From Octopus sinensis (taxonomy: Eukaryota): a DNA stretch of 64,000 nucleotides. The stretch covers positions 1 through 64,000 of the forward strand of contig NW_021835476.1 in assembly GCF_006345805.1 (NCBI RefSeq), in the 5' to 3' direction. Positions 48,744 to 62,130 of this stretch are shown here, piece after piece. Below the pieces are notes generated by a model. It was not told where the DNA came from, did no database searches, and saw nothing but the letters and a program-made list of their open reading frames with translations. Both the position numbers and the translations under genes were made by a program. Each line of letters begins with the position of its first letter. Position 1 is the stretch's first letter.

Positions 48744-50671
48744 TTAGAAATATGAAAAGACTTTCTGGCGAATAGTCTTATTTTGGACTGTCGTCTTTGG
48801 CCGGGTCATCAAATTGAGGATAACAACGATGGCCCCAGTGAGACAAATAACAGGACTGGCAATGTAGTCCAATGTCCCAGTCGTGTCGAATTGGACAAAG
48901 AAGTATACGAACCACGGTAATCCTGGAATAGCACAACCGGCAAACCAGAGGAGAATGCCAACAATGCCAATATTCTGTTCTCCTGAAACATCTGCTTTGA
49001 ATTTTCTACTCGAGCCTTTTTTATGTGAAGTCCAATAATGACAAACAAGATGAGATTGACCAACGCGATTGCAGCACAGGGAAGCACCAGGCCTGTATAC
49101 AGTCCCACACCCGATATCAGACATCTGCCCACTCAAATAGAATCCCTTACTTTCCTTCGTTGTAATACACACGCGAGTCAACAAGAGCGATCGTCCCCAC
49201 AATGCACAATGGAATGCCTGCGAGTGGTCAAATGCATGAGAACCCCAATTTAGCACGACTGCTTTGGTGATTATTTTGTTGATGGTGATGCCGATGACTT
49301 TGACAAATTTAATATAATGGATGTACGTCTCTGCCAGCATCCACAGAAATTGTGCCAAAAGTCCGAAATGGAGGACAACTCCTTTGGCTGTGCACGCAGT
49401 CACTCCCTCGTTCTCCGAGTTTTGTAGTATGGAAAGAAATGTAATGTTTACAATTACCATCGAGAATTCAAAATGAAGCAGTGCCAGTTGGAAGGTCGAC
49501 TTGATTTGTATTCTAGCGAGTGGTACCAGCAAATATACTTTATATTCGTCATAAATATCATAATTGAAAAAAATATCAAAAATGTAGAGATTGCGAGCAG
49601 TATGCTGTTTATGTACAACTTGACTGGACTTTTCACATTCAGGAGTTCTGGTCTCTGCGTTGTCAGCAATCAAGGAGCAACAAAGATCACGGCAAAGCTT
49701 GTCAGGTGATTGAATACGCAGACAACCCCCGCATTAGTAAACAGCGTCGTCCCCCCAGTCGTAATCCACTCCGAATTGTTCTCGTCAAAATATGCGCAAG
49801 TCAAGTTAGTCCGATTAGTCTAAGCAATATAAATGTGGGACTCACTGGAAATGTAATTTTGACTTTTAACTCTGTCTTAACTCGCAAACTCACTGAGAAG
49901 ACTTTCGAGCCCAAAATTTGGGGCTTTTTGGATTTAAAAGTTATCGTGTCATTCCAGTACACAGTTCTCACTGAGAGGAATAAATCTAAAATGCACCGTG
50001 GATGTCTGTTTCTGTATCAAACGTGAGCTCACATTGAATATCTTGTTCCTCCAACGTTTCTAATGAGCACTACAATGCGTCAGTGGCACGAGCAACTATA
50101 GTATGAATCTATAAATAGTAATAACAGCAAATTCACCTGGAATGCTGGGAATGCGATTGAAGCTATAAATTAATAATAAGCACTAATACCGTCGGGACAC
50201 ATATTCATCAGAGTACTACTCATTATCAAACAAGCATTACCTCTCGGAGAGAAGTAAGTATTTTGTCCTATAATATATCACAATCCTTAATACTTTATCA
50301 AATATGCTCAATTTAGTGTCCTGAATATTATTGTACTACTGGGCTTACATATCTTTGTTCTGTCCACTCCACTACAATGTTCTAATATAAATATAAACGT
50401 ATTCCTTACCCATTCCACATTTATCAGTCCCTCGAGTCTCTATAATTGTAGTGGGATTAAGAATAATACATCTTCGGAGAGTGTCATTTCTTCTCTCTAA
50501 ATAACCAGTTGTTTATCCCAAATACCTTTTGCACGTGTTTCTGTAGTGGTAGCTAAAAGAGGAGTGAAATAATAGCATTACAAGGCCAGCAAATGACAAC
50601 TTCTGGTCATAAGAGAATGCAGTGCATACAAATAATGCAAACAGTAAAGGATACATCGATGAATATTGCAT
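48744..50671 (-). CDS. Adhesion GPCR (GAIN/GPS + secretin-like 7TM); start codon tentative
   Basis: CAYFDENNSEWITTGG...VVCVFNHLTSFAVIF (GPS with HL|T); 7TM (CTAKGVVLHFGLLAQFLWMLAE, NWGIPLCIV, VLPCAAIALVNLILF) becomes one open frame after removing five 23-27-nt introns. Confidence 0.85.
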
Positions 50672-52228
50672 TACCTGGTTATATATTCCTCATTAATTAA
50701 GTTGACATATATTTCATATCCGCATTGACCCCATTATGAAAGTCCTGGATGACATGGTGTGATCAACCTGATAAAAACAACCATCTCCAATCCTTTTGTA
50801 AACATTGCACATTTCTGAGCCAGTCTAGACGTTTGTGATTTGAAAACTCTGTCAGTACAAACTACAAAAAGTAATATACAGTAAAGATAACATTTATCCA
50901 TTAAAAATCTTATGCAGTTATCCGATATTTTGCCATCGCGTCGGCTTTGGCGACTTAATTTACCCAATTAAATTCAGCCAATAACATAATTTCTTCTCTA
51001 TTCTTAAAAATCGTGAAATTTGAGACTGTGATCAGTTGAATCTCACAAATAAAACTGTCTGAGTTTGACTTCCTTGAATAAAACATTGAAAATTTTCAAT
51101 TTAAAATTACAGATTATAATTATGCAGTTATGCGAAAATAGTAAATGTTTCCGATGAAAGTATTCAATTAACCGATATACAATTAACCTAATATTTTGAA
51201 TGGAAAGCATATAAATTATTGTTTTTAACATAAATTTATGGCATTAACCGATTTATGCAATTAACCGACTTTCAATTAGATACAATTTAAATCTATTTAT
51301 CTTATACAGTCATAAAGTTAGTTTTAATCAAAAATATTCATTATTATGTTTACGATATATGCGTAGCCTGGTGGATTGCCTTTATCTTATAAATTTTTGA
51401 ATATTTACAACTTTTTTAATTATAGATAAGCCTTTCCATGACTATCAGGAGGGAGTCCGGATATATTAATACAATACTAATGTCATTATAGTAGACTTTA
51501 ACACGCCAAGATAAATGATATTTTATATTTCCATTCCCTTTGATGTTATTCTGAAAGTCATTTTATGTTTATAAAAAACTAAAACAAAATAAATTAATTT
51601 TGACATGCCCTGCAAAATCAAATAATATTTTTATGAGTTAGAATATCAAAAATTTCTTAATAAAATCAAAATTTTAAAACTCTGGGTTGCAAAGTATTTT
51701 GCGGTTTTCAAAATTTTATTCTTCTATTTTAGAACCAAATTGTGATTTGCCAAACAGTTAAATTGAGCTCAGTTGCCTATTCTGTTCTTCTTTTTTTAAA
51801 ATATTAAAAATTACTTTCCGAATTTCAATTTACCCAGAAAGAAACATTTGTACAAATTGAACAAATTCTTTCAATTTCCAGAAAGAAACATTTGTACAAA
51901 TGTATTTAAACAAGTCCTTGATCATGATAAATCGTTTAGAAAATTGTTTGTTTTTATTTGAAAAATTATATTAAAATAAAATACATGATTTTCTTGTTGT
52001 CATCACTGCTATATGCTCACATTTTGGACTGTTTTACAAATACTGAAACTAATTTTAAAAAAATAAATAAGTAATAGTATATAACAGAAATAACAGAAAT
52101 GAAGATAAAAACAGTAATTACAGTTTTAAAAAACATAAATGATTTATAAAAACATAATTGCTTGACAATATGACAATTAATTAAAAATTTGATTTAAATA
52201 CTGGAAGAAAATGAGAATAATAATTAAA

Positions 52229-52815
52229 ATGTTCTATTTTCTAATTCTATCAATTTTTGTGCAAAGTGCTCCAACATCGAACAGTAATTCATTTTATTTC
52301 AGTTTAGAATGTTTTAATGGAAAATGTTATATTTTTGTGACGGATAGACTAAATCGACAAGATGCACAAAAAGTTTGTAAAGAAAAAAAAGGCTCACTCG
52401 CAAATATAGACAGCCAAATCACAAATAATTATATTTACGGTAAACACAAAAATAATTTATTTCAGAAAATTTTATAAAAAACGCAAAATCAAGGTTTTGG
52501 ATTGGAGTAAATGACATCCAGAAAGAAAACGAGTTTTTGGATTCTTATGGAAATAAACAAGTAATTCAAACTTTTTAAATTCAGGCCTTTTTTAATTGGA
52601 ATACAAATGAACCTAATAATTATCAAATTGAAAACTGTGTTGAGATATGGATTCCTAGAGGAGTCTGGAATGATCAGAGTTGTAATGATAAATTACCATT
52701 TTTGTGTGAAATTTTGGGTTTTTATTTTAAAATAACTGTAATAGACATTTCAAGCAACCCAGAAATTGAAATAAGTAACCAAGTTGAAAAAAGCGAGGAC
52801 GTATGCGATAATTAA
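52229..52815 (+). CDS. Secreted C-type lectin, copy 2
   Basis: Near-identical to 19389-19974 including introns and flanks (19262-20030 vs 52103-52870); EPN and WND motifs intact. Confidence 0.9.
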
Positions 52816-54811
52816 AATATAACTAAACAAATACTAACTTTCTTGATTTGGTAAATACTAATTTTTCTCAAAAACAAATTTCTGCTTTCTTTTTTTGAAT
52901 ATGAAAAGAAATAGTGTTAGCTTTTTCACGAAATTGATGAAAGTTAATGTCAAACCTAAATTGGGACTTTTAGCTTTAAGACTGCATGAACCACCTGGAA
53001 TAAGCAATAGATCACATCGGTGTCTTTTTAAAGACTTTCTACCTCTGAAGATTGTGATCGCCAGTTTTTTTCATTGAAAAGTGTCAGCAGAGTGATTAGG
53101 TTGTCAGCTGTTCCAAAGCTCAAAATTTCTAAATAATTTATGAAAAATGCAAAATACAAAGATTAAGATTGTCAATCATTAGTAATATTACTTTTTACAG
53201 TCAATCAAGTCGATTTATATTTAGGAAAAGATAAGTTCTTTGACGAATACCTCATCAACTTATTTTAAGTTGACATTCTATAATTAATAAAATCTCATTA
53301 CTTTTCGTATAAGTGAGCTAATACGGGCATTATCATGGCTCCGGCAAAGAATTTTGAATATCATTCTTTGCAGGAACAGGCAAGCAATTCTCTCCTCGTA
53401 TACTCGATTCTTGAAACAAATTCAAGAAAGTATAAAAAATAGAAAAACCAAAATTTTGATTCTTATACTTATTAAATGGCATGTAGCTAAAATTTGGATT
53501 ATCTGGATAACATGTAGTAAATTATCATAATATATTTGTCAAATAGGTTAATGTTCTTACATGTAGTATATTTATTGTTTATGTCTTCATAAAAATTTTC
53601 AAAAATTGATGATTGATGAAAATAATCAGAATTTGAGCAATTTTTAATTAGTTTTTATTTTCAGTTGAACCAAAAGTAGATAGAGTAATCTGATATTCAA
53701 ATGAAAGAAAACAGATCAAACATTTAGAAGACATATTAAAAGCTTATCGAAGTGGATATTACATCTAAAAACTTTTAATGAAAATATAAGTGACAAAACA
53801 CTACAAATACAATTTCCTTACAATCAAAGAACTTACGCCAATCCAGAATGAACAAGTCATAAACTAAATTGGATAGGTAGTGAAAACCTGCTATTTAATA
53901 GAAAGATTACAAATAGATATTTCAAAAAAATCATGCAGCAAAATATTAGTGACGTACTGTGCTAACACTTTTTGCCCATTAATAATAGCCTTTTCGCGAA
54001 AGCCATATTACTTTATGACCCCGCATGGCCAAAACACACACTTTATATTTAAGTGAAGAACAGTTAATGTTAATTAATCGTATAAACAGGCCGATGGTCT
54101 TTAATTATTTTTTTATTTTTCTTGCGCGTGGGTTTCTCACGGATAATCCGGTTGCACTCTCGTATTCAAATCCAGCGACATCTGAATAGTAATCACATCA
54201 GGAATATGTCAAAATAAATACAAAGATGAAACTCTCAAGTAATGATGACACTGTTTTTAAGTTCTTTGGACTTTGATCTGTAAATTCTGGACACATTTTG
54301 CAACATTAAAAATAGGTAAGACAAAAAACACATCAATCACCAAAATTAGTGGAAAAACAAAAGCCTCCGACAACTTTAACAAAAAGTGCATATAATTTTG
54401 GAAACTAAATAATAATTTTATTTCCGGTCCAAATTTTGATTACCAATCAATTTCGGCAGTTGAACTATATTTTTGAAAAATGAAATCAAGACAAACAGCT
54501 AATGACTAATAGTTAATATAGATGATTTGTTACTTATAAAACCCCTCGTTCTTTCCTTAATCCAAAAAGGAGAAAACTCATAACAATCAAGTTTTAATAT
54601 TTTTACTGCATGGAGGATATCAAACCAGTAATATTTTTCTTACCTTTTGAATATTAGCCACCACATTTACAACGACTTGAACAAACAAATTCTTATAACG
54701 AATAAAAACACACCCCAATGCAAACTACATAATATGCTGTCTCTACAGCCACTCAAATTAACGCGTCCACCCAATAATTAATAAACAAATGTATCCAAAT
54801 GAAGGGGTCAA

Positions 54812-57556
54812 TCAGACAACCCCACTTTGATTGGCCTGGGCAATCTCCATGGGATGAGTGGGCTCAATAGGGCGCATGACTGCCGTGTTGTAGAAGGCCT
54901 GGACTGATCGTTTGACCCTCAGCATCTCCCGAATAGTGTCCTCATTGCCATAGTGCAACTCAAACTGTGACCACAACGACCAGAACTCGTCATCCACCTA
55001 AACTGAACACGTCCGAATACCGCAGGGTCACAGAACTGAGAGCAATGACTGTAGATGACTCTGGCTCTCTCCATTTCCCCCAACTTCTCCTCCAATTTGG
55101 CAAAGGCAATACTCATTTCTCTACAAATGACACCCCAGACTGACCGACTGTCCCCATCACCCAACACTTGGATGGCCTTCTCGTATATTCCTCGCACACT
55201 CGTCATTCCAAACCACTCGGAGGCACGTGATATGTAATGTTTGAACATCTGGGACTCACTATGACCTACACCTTCATTTTGGTCTCCATTGGCACACATT
55301 CCGTGGCTCGTTGGTAGATTGCCATGGCATGTCTCCTCAGTCCGTGGTCCTCCTCCATCTGCCCGTACATTGTATAAAAGTCTATTCTTATCACACTGGC
55401 CTACGTTGGGCGTATTGGGGAGGACAGTCCTCCAAACACTGCTCAAACAAGTCCCGACATCTCTCCAGTTTGTCTCCCCCCTGCAATTGTCATTTCCATC
55501 CCTCACATATCGCCCTATGAACTTGGACAGATACGAATTCCACAGGTCGACCACCACTGGCCACCCAAACAGCCCAATCCCCCTCTCGAATACCTGCCTG
55601 TCCATCACTCCCACCACCTGATATGACTGCTCGAAATATTTGTGTTCCTCCATAAACAGGGCGTAGTTCATTATCAACTGAGGGGTGGCTATTCTCAGGT
55701 CGAGGATGCTGTCATACACTGCTCTGCATTTCTACAATTTACTATCGACTGTCCCTCAAAGCAGCCGAAACTCTCTTCCAAGTCAGCATAGAGTGACCAC
55801 AGTTTGAGAGACTTGTGCACTCGGCTGTGGATCGAGTGGGATTTGTCGAAATATGACACATGTCTTCTGTTTTTGGGGGGACTGGTCACTTTCTTGAGGA
55901 GGTCGAATGCCTGGGGGATGTTTCTAAGGGTAGAGGGAATATCCCAACTCCTGTCGAATCTCCATCTCTATCCACTCACTCCAAACACTCGCCAAATCCT
56001 CCACACAACTAAACTCCACCTCAATCGCCTTTTCAAATACATTCCGCGCCTATTTAAAAATGGCGCGAAAAAATACTTGTATTATATTTCCCGCCTTTTC
56101 ATAAAACAATGCGAAGGCCACCCACAGTGAATGTGGTTTGCCCACTGCTATTTCGTTATTAATTGTGTGGAGTGCCTCCGTGTACACCTCCACTACCCCC
56201 ACAGGATCCTCCCTCTCCGCAGCCAGGAGTGCCCTCTGCTGCCAGTTCTCCACGTTGTGAGGGTTTTGTCTGATTTTGACACTGGGAATAAGCAAAGAGG
56301 CCTGCCTGTTCAACATGATTGCCCTCCGTTCTATCAAATACTCATATCTGGCTGCACAGTACTCCACGTCGAGTATTTCTGCCTATTAAAGACAACCAAC
56401 CCTCTTCTGTGGCCTCCTCTCCCAGCTGTTCAATGGCTGCAGATGTGAGGGACTCCTCAAAGTGGGCATATCCCTCATATATTTGGGTAAAGTCACACAC
56501 TGTCTTCACTTTGACCATTGCCTCCTCATAGACATCCCTCGCCTTATCGAACTGCCCATTCCGAGTGTAGTACTCCACCAGGGAGTTCCACAACACGCCT
56601 GTCTGGTCACTGTGCTGGTCTATTCCCTGTCTTATTATCCCATCCACGTCTATCGATGTTATATCCACGTGCTTCACCATCAACTCACATAAATCACCCC
56701 ACAACTTGAAAATTTATTAAATTAATAATATATTTAATTAATTTTAAATATATAATTTGAATTTAAACTCATGTGTGTCACCTGATATTTTGATTTGCCA
56801 TGTTTTGAGACAAATCTCTGGTCATTGATGATATCCATAAGCAGTTTAGCAGCATCATTGTAGTACCCCACACTCCTATAGTAAACAACCACATCTTCTG
56901 CACAGTCCCACTTGATCTAACAATAGAACATCACACCTCAATACTTTTAAATAGCGTTTAAACAATTTAAAAGTAGTCAGTGGAACATTACATTGCTTTA
57001 TAAACCCAATCAAGTGATGCCACATTCTTTTGTGCTGTGTTATGGGCAGGGATATGAGGCATCGGTCGAATGTCCGCCTAGTCCGAGTGATCAGTCCTTC
57101 GTGGATAAGCAAATCGAGGTAGTTAAGCCATATTCTGGGCATCTATCAAGTAATCCTGGCTTGTATTACTTTCCCCATAAGTATGAGGGCTCTTTCGTAC
57201 AATTCGTTTAGTTTCTGATACTCTGGACTGTTCACACACAACAATTTGGTTCGTTCTGTTCGGAAATTGAGGTAGTGGATCCATATTTTATAGCTGAGGT
57301 GGTTTCCCGGGGTTTACCTTCCTGGAAGCTCTTTGAGGGCCCGTTCATAGAGGATGTACAAAGTCTCTGGGTTGGAGTCCTCTTTGTGCTCGATGTATCT
57401 CAGCCATATTTTTACTGAAAAGGGATTCCGGATTAGTTCTTCTTCAAAGGGAATGTCTGTGTCGTCCTTTTATTTATTATTTTCTTATTTTTTTACAAAA
57501 AGTAAGCCTAATTTCATCAGAGCGTCTTCTTTCATGAATATCAATTCGGTCTCCAT
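54812..57556 (-). CDS. XAB2: Pre-mRNA splicing factor SYF1/XAB2 (HAT repeats); 3' end approximate
   Basis: [23 protein letters not shown]...[90 protein letters not shown]. Confidence 0.93.
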
Positions 57557-57654
57557 GTGTGACACCACCAGAAAATAAATTATTAAAATTTTATTATTTA
57601 TTTTAAATTAATAAAATAATTCCATGTTAGAAATAAATAATTAATATTAATAAA

Positions 57655-60020
57655 TTAAAGAGAACACACATCGTCAATAAACTACCAAATAAACCAACCA
57701 CCTACCCTTTCTAGTGTAAATGTGGCCACAAGCGAGGACTTGGCTTGTCGTCTGAAAATTACTAGAAAGAATGCCAGGAAAGAATAAACCAGCAGCTCTG
57801 TTTATTTTGACAACACACACCACAAAATCGTCCAACGAGAACAGGCCATTCTCATCAGAGTGTTTCAGTACCAAAGACATTGTCGTCCTGTTGCTTATTC
57901 TGCTGCCTGTACGGCGGATTGCTCTCCTCAGTTCGAATGTGCTTAGTGTGCCTGAATTGTCAGAGTCAGCCTCTTTGAAGATTGTCTTTATTAGTGGGAT
58001 AAGGCATACCCTGGCTTGAGTAATTCTGATCCAAAGGTCTCGAAATTCCTCCAGGCCGAGAGAACCGGTCCCATCGGTCTATGAGTCAACGTATAATACC
58101 AACGTCGTATAGTGAAATCAATTGTGCAGTGTTTCTCCACGAGAACTCATTTTTACCTATTTTATTATTTAATTAATTATTTTATAATTTATTAAGTAAT
58201 TGTATAATTAATTAAACCTATAGTTGTTTCTTTGTTCAATAATTTGTAAAGATCATTAGTTTGTATTTCCATGTCAGCACCGGCAGCCTCCCTGAACATT
58301 GAATCGACGTCCTCAGTATCATTGATGGGGTCCTTGGGCAATAATATGACAAGGACTCACCACTTGATCAACTTGTTCCTCACTAAAATAATATATTTAA
58401 AAATATTAATTAATTATTTTTAAATATTAATTAAATAAATTGTTTATATTTATACACTTCTGTGGTCTCCGTCTCACTGAAGATCCTCACTAAAAATTCC
58501 CCGGGAATATTGGGCTCATATGTGGAGACTATAAGGGAATAACTCCCAGCTTTGAGTTCAAATCTCTGAGATATTTCCCTTTTATTACTGTAGGGACCAG
58601 AACTCCCAACTAGGCGTTTTTTCCCGCCAAAATTCTCATATAATTAAAAAAATACCTCAAAAACGTGGAAAGCAATGGCCAACATTGACTTCCCTTGGGC
58701 AAAGAGTCTCCTCCGGTCTTTCTGAGAGACCGAAATGAGAACTTCCGTGGTCCTCTGCTGAGTCTCTCCAACTTGAAACAAAAACGTGGGATTTGACAAA
58801 TAAGATTCAAAAATAACCAAAAAAAATTACTTGACTTAATATTTCCCGCCGCGGTGACAAATTTGACCCAGGACCCTTCGAATTGTGTCACCTTCCACTG
58901 GTCGATCACGGAATCCGTGACGGAATCTGGCTGGAGGTTGCATACCTCGACAATGGAGTAGTTGGAAGTAAAATCTTTCCAATCCATCCTACAAATCACG
59001 GAAAACCCGACCAGAATTCTCCGTCATTTTGACAGACAAGATCAAGTTGGTTTTTTTCCGTGGGAGAGACGAGTCCCCATTCGGGTGACCCATCACTCCA
59101 CGGACCATTCCACTCAACCTGTCCCCACGGATTCCGCAATCTGACCAACTGGACTTGTTGTCCCAGTCTAGTGAGGGTCACCTATTTTATATGAGTGGAA
59201 TAACCTCTACAAGTCCTGTCAATGAATAGGCGTGTAACATGATTAGGCCATTGGCTAGTTTGCCCTCCAAAGTGTTGCCCTGATTTGTATATGTGAGAAT
59301 ACTATTATGGCACAGGACATTAAGGATTGTCTTAGAAGGGCTGAGTTGAGTTGGGAAAATAGTTTAGAGGAGGTTCTTGATAGGTCAAATCTCTCTCCGA
59401 CTCCGCCTGTAAAGTCAATGAGGGCTTCCAAGGCTGAGCCTCCCTCGAGGGCTTGGTAGCAGCCACACATTCTGGGATGGTCAGAGGGACTGACTTGGCG
59501 TAGGCTTTCTCTAAAAGGGCAGACCAGAATTCGTCTTTTTGTGCGGATTGCATAAATATGAGTTCACCGTTGAGGGTAGGAAGTCTGTCGTCCACCACCA
59601 CTTGTTTAAATTCTCCAAAGTGCCAGAACATGAATCGAAATGCTCCAAAGTACTCACTTTCTTCGAAGGTCTGCTCCATTGGGACCACTTTGGCAAACAG
59701 GCGTGGGTCAGTAGTGAGGACTGCCACTGCTGCCAACATCCAGCAATCACCTGGCAATTTATTTTATGCCAATTCACCCAGAGAGCCCTGAACAATGTCA
59801 AATCTCGAGGCTCCGTCGACTATGAAATTGGGATTCGGGACAATTTCCTGTCATAATTGAGTGAGACTTACTGTCGGACGGACCCACCTGACTTGTCCTT
59901 GGATTGTTTTGTTATAAAATAGAGATGAATCGTCTGCAGGAAAGTCCGGGTCTTGGAACAGGGCGTTGTTTTGTAGGCACAATTCTTTTATTTTGTCAAA
60001 ATTTTGTTCATTTAATTCCA
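57655..60020 (-). CDS. Classical calpain (CysPc, C2-like domain III, penta-EF hand); N terminus may extend to ~60250
   Basis: [20 protein letters not shown] (Cys), [10 protein letters not shown] (His), [17 protein letters not shown] (Asn), [15 protein letters not shown]; ends [15 protein letters not shown]. Confidence 0.92.
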
Positions 60021-60393
60021 AATTCGTTTTCAGTGGTTTATTTTTTGATTTCTTTTTAAAAATCTAAATCAAGTGAGTTTTATGTGTGGAAATACATTAA
60101 ACATTTCACTAAAACGCTATCTTTGTATTTAATACTGTTGGAATGTTGTGGTCAGCACCTCTCACTTTAACCACACATCTTTTAAACCCTCCAAATCAGC
60201 CACCTTAGACCAACCCTCCGGGTCCATTTCTTTTATTCAGATCCTCTAAACCCCAACCACGTGAGACAACCAAACGGAAAATCAAATTCGATACAGAAAA
60301 TGATTGTCAAAAATTTTGACTATCGAGTTTTTTCATTGAGTTTTGTTTGATTATTAATAATGAATTTAGATAGTTGGTAAAAATGATTATCAT

Positions 60394-61865
60394 TAGGGCA
60401 ACCAAAAGTCAATAATGTCAACTTTTGGTCAACTTTGTCAATTTTTGTATTTTTTGTCAATTTGTAATTTTCTGCTTAAAATATTTATTTAAAATATATA
60501 AATATTAATTTTTTACATTCCATAAAAAATGGTTTGTAGAAAAACACAGATTGACGCAAAAACATAAATCGCATATGAACGAGCCTAAAAAGACCATTCA
60601 AAGGTTTTTTCCCACTACTGTTGTTACTAATGATTTTTCGCTCAATCTAACTAAAGCATTTGTTTCAGCAAATATTCCATTATATAAATTACGGAATCCT
60701 GCCTTAATAAATTTTTTTAATACTATTGGATTTGTGTTACCTTCAGAATCAAAATGTCAAACAATGTCAAAATTTTGGCAGAAAGACGTGTTAGTGAGAT
60801 TATCCAATTGTTAATTAATGAAAGGATTTTCTTAATTGTTGATGAGTCTGATGCCGGTAAAGATAAATTTGTCAATATTCTTATTGGGAAAATAACTGAT
60901 CCCCAAAACAGTTATCTTATTGATTGTATTGTATTAAATTCTTCGCCGAACGCATCAATTGTATGCCAGATTGTGGACGATACGATCCGACATGCAAATA
61001 TTGAAAGGAAAAATTTTTACTTGTTGTTAACCGACGCGGCAAAGTAAATGATTTCAGCAGGAAACACTCTGAAAATTTGTACCCTTACCTATTCCACGTA
61101 ACATGCATTGCACATTTGATACAAAATTGTGCTTTAAGGATAAAACTAAGTTACCCTACAGTGGATAACTTAATTGCCTCCATTAAAGAACTTGTTCTCA
61201 AAAACAGTAGTCGAAGGCAACTATTTTCTGAAATAGGACTACCTCCAGAACCTATTGTTACTAGATGGGGAAGTTGGCTTCGAGCAACCAAGTACTACGT
61301 GGAACATTTTTCCAGAGTGTTGGAAATATGCAATTCGTTAAAAGGAGAATCCCTATTGATTCGGAGGGCAAAAGAATCAATAAACCATGAAGGACTTGTT
61401 AATGATTTAAAAGAAATATGGAATCAGTATTCTCCACTTGCAGATGTTCTTCCTGAAATTGAGTCCACAAACTTTTCAATCGAGAAGGCTATCAATTTTT
61501 TGAAAATACTCGATCTGAAAGAAGATACCTGCAAAATAAAAGAATATATTGATAAAAGAATGAATAAGAATGAAATTATGAAAATTGTTAACGAAGAAAA
61601 TTTTTCGCCTATGGAAAAGTTGCGACTACTTCAATGTCAGGCAACTACATGTTCTGTGGAGCGTTCATTTTCAATTCTCCATAAAATTTTGGCAAAAGAT
61701 CGGAATTTTAAACCGGAGAACCTTAAATTTTATATGATTCTTTATAACTCCTGATTAAAAAAAATTCTTGGCTCTTTTTAGGTCAACTTTCGTTTTTTTG
61801 GGTCAATTTAGTTGACTTTTAGAGGTCAATTTTTAAATTTTTAGGTCAACTTTTTAGTTGCCCTA
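60394..61865 (+). mobile_element. Compact hAT transposon with near-complete transposase
   Basis: TIR TAGGGCAAC(C/T)AAAA; 8-bp TSD ATTATCAT; GTCAA subterminal arrays. Transposase FLIVDES / LLTDAA / CIAH / TRWGS / VERSFS broken by one frameshift (~60770) and one TAA (61045). Confidence 0.92.
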
Positions 61866-62130
61866 ATTATCATGTATTAATAAAAGGACTACAGAAAAAT
61901 GGTCATTGGCAGATTGCCAGAGTATTGCCTCTGACTATGGCTATAAATATTCGTTTGATTAAATACTGGAAAGTAACTAATTTTACTTAGTTTTGTCTGG
62001 TATATATAAATATTATTTAATATTGTCTGTTGTATATAAAATTTTTTAAGAGGGTCGATTAAATATTAGAGGGGTCAATAAAAAATCAGGCCAGAAACAC
62101 GTTTTTTGACACAAAATAATTTTAACTGGA

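Noticed and set aside
48744-49673. aGPCR apparently frameshifted in the ORF track
   Set aside because: Every frame change is explained by a canonical 23-27-nt GT-AG intron; not a pseudogene.
51834-51901. 24-bp direct repeat ccagaaagaaacatttgtacaaat
   Set aside because: Simple local duplication in AT-rich intergenic DNA; no associated structure.
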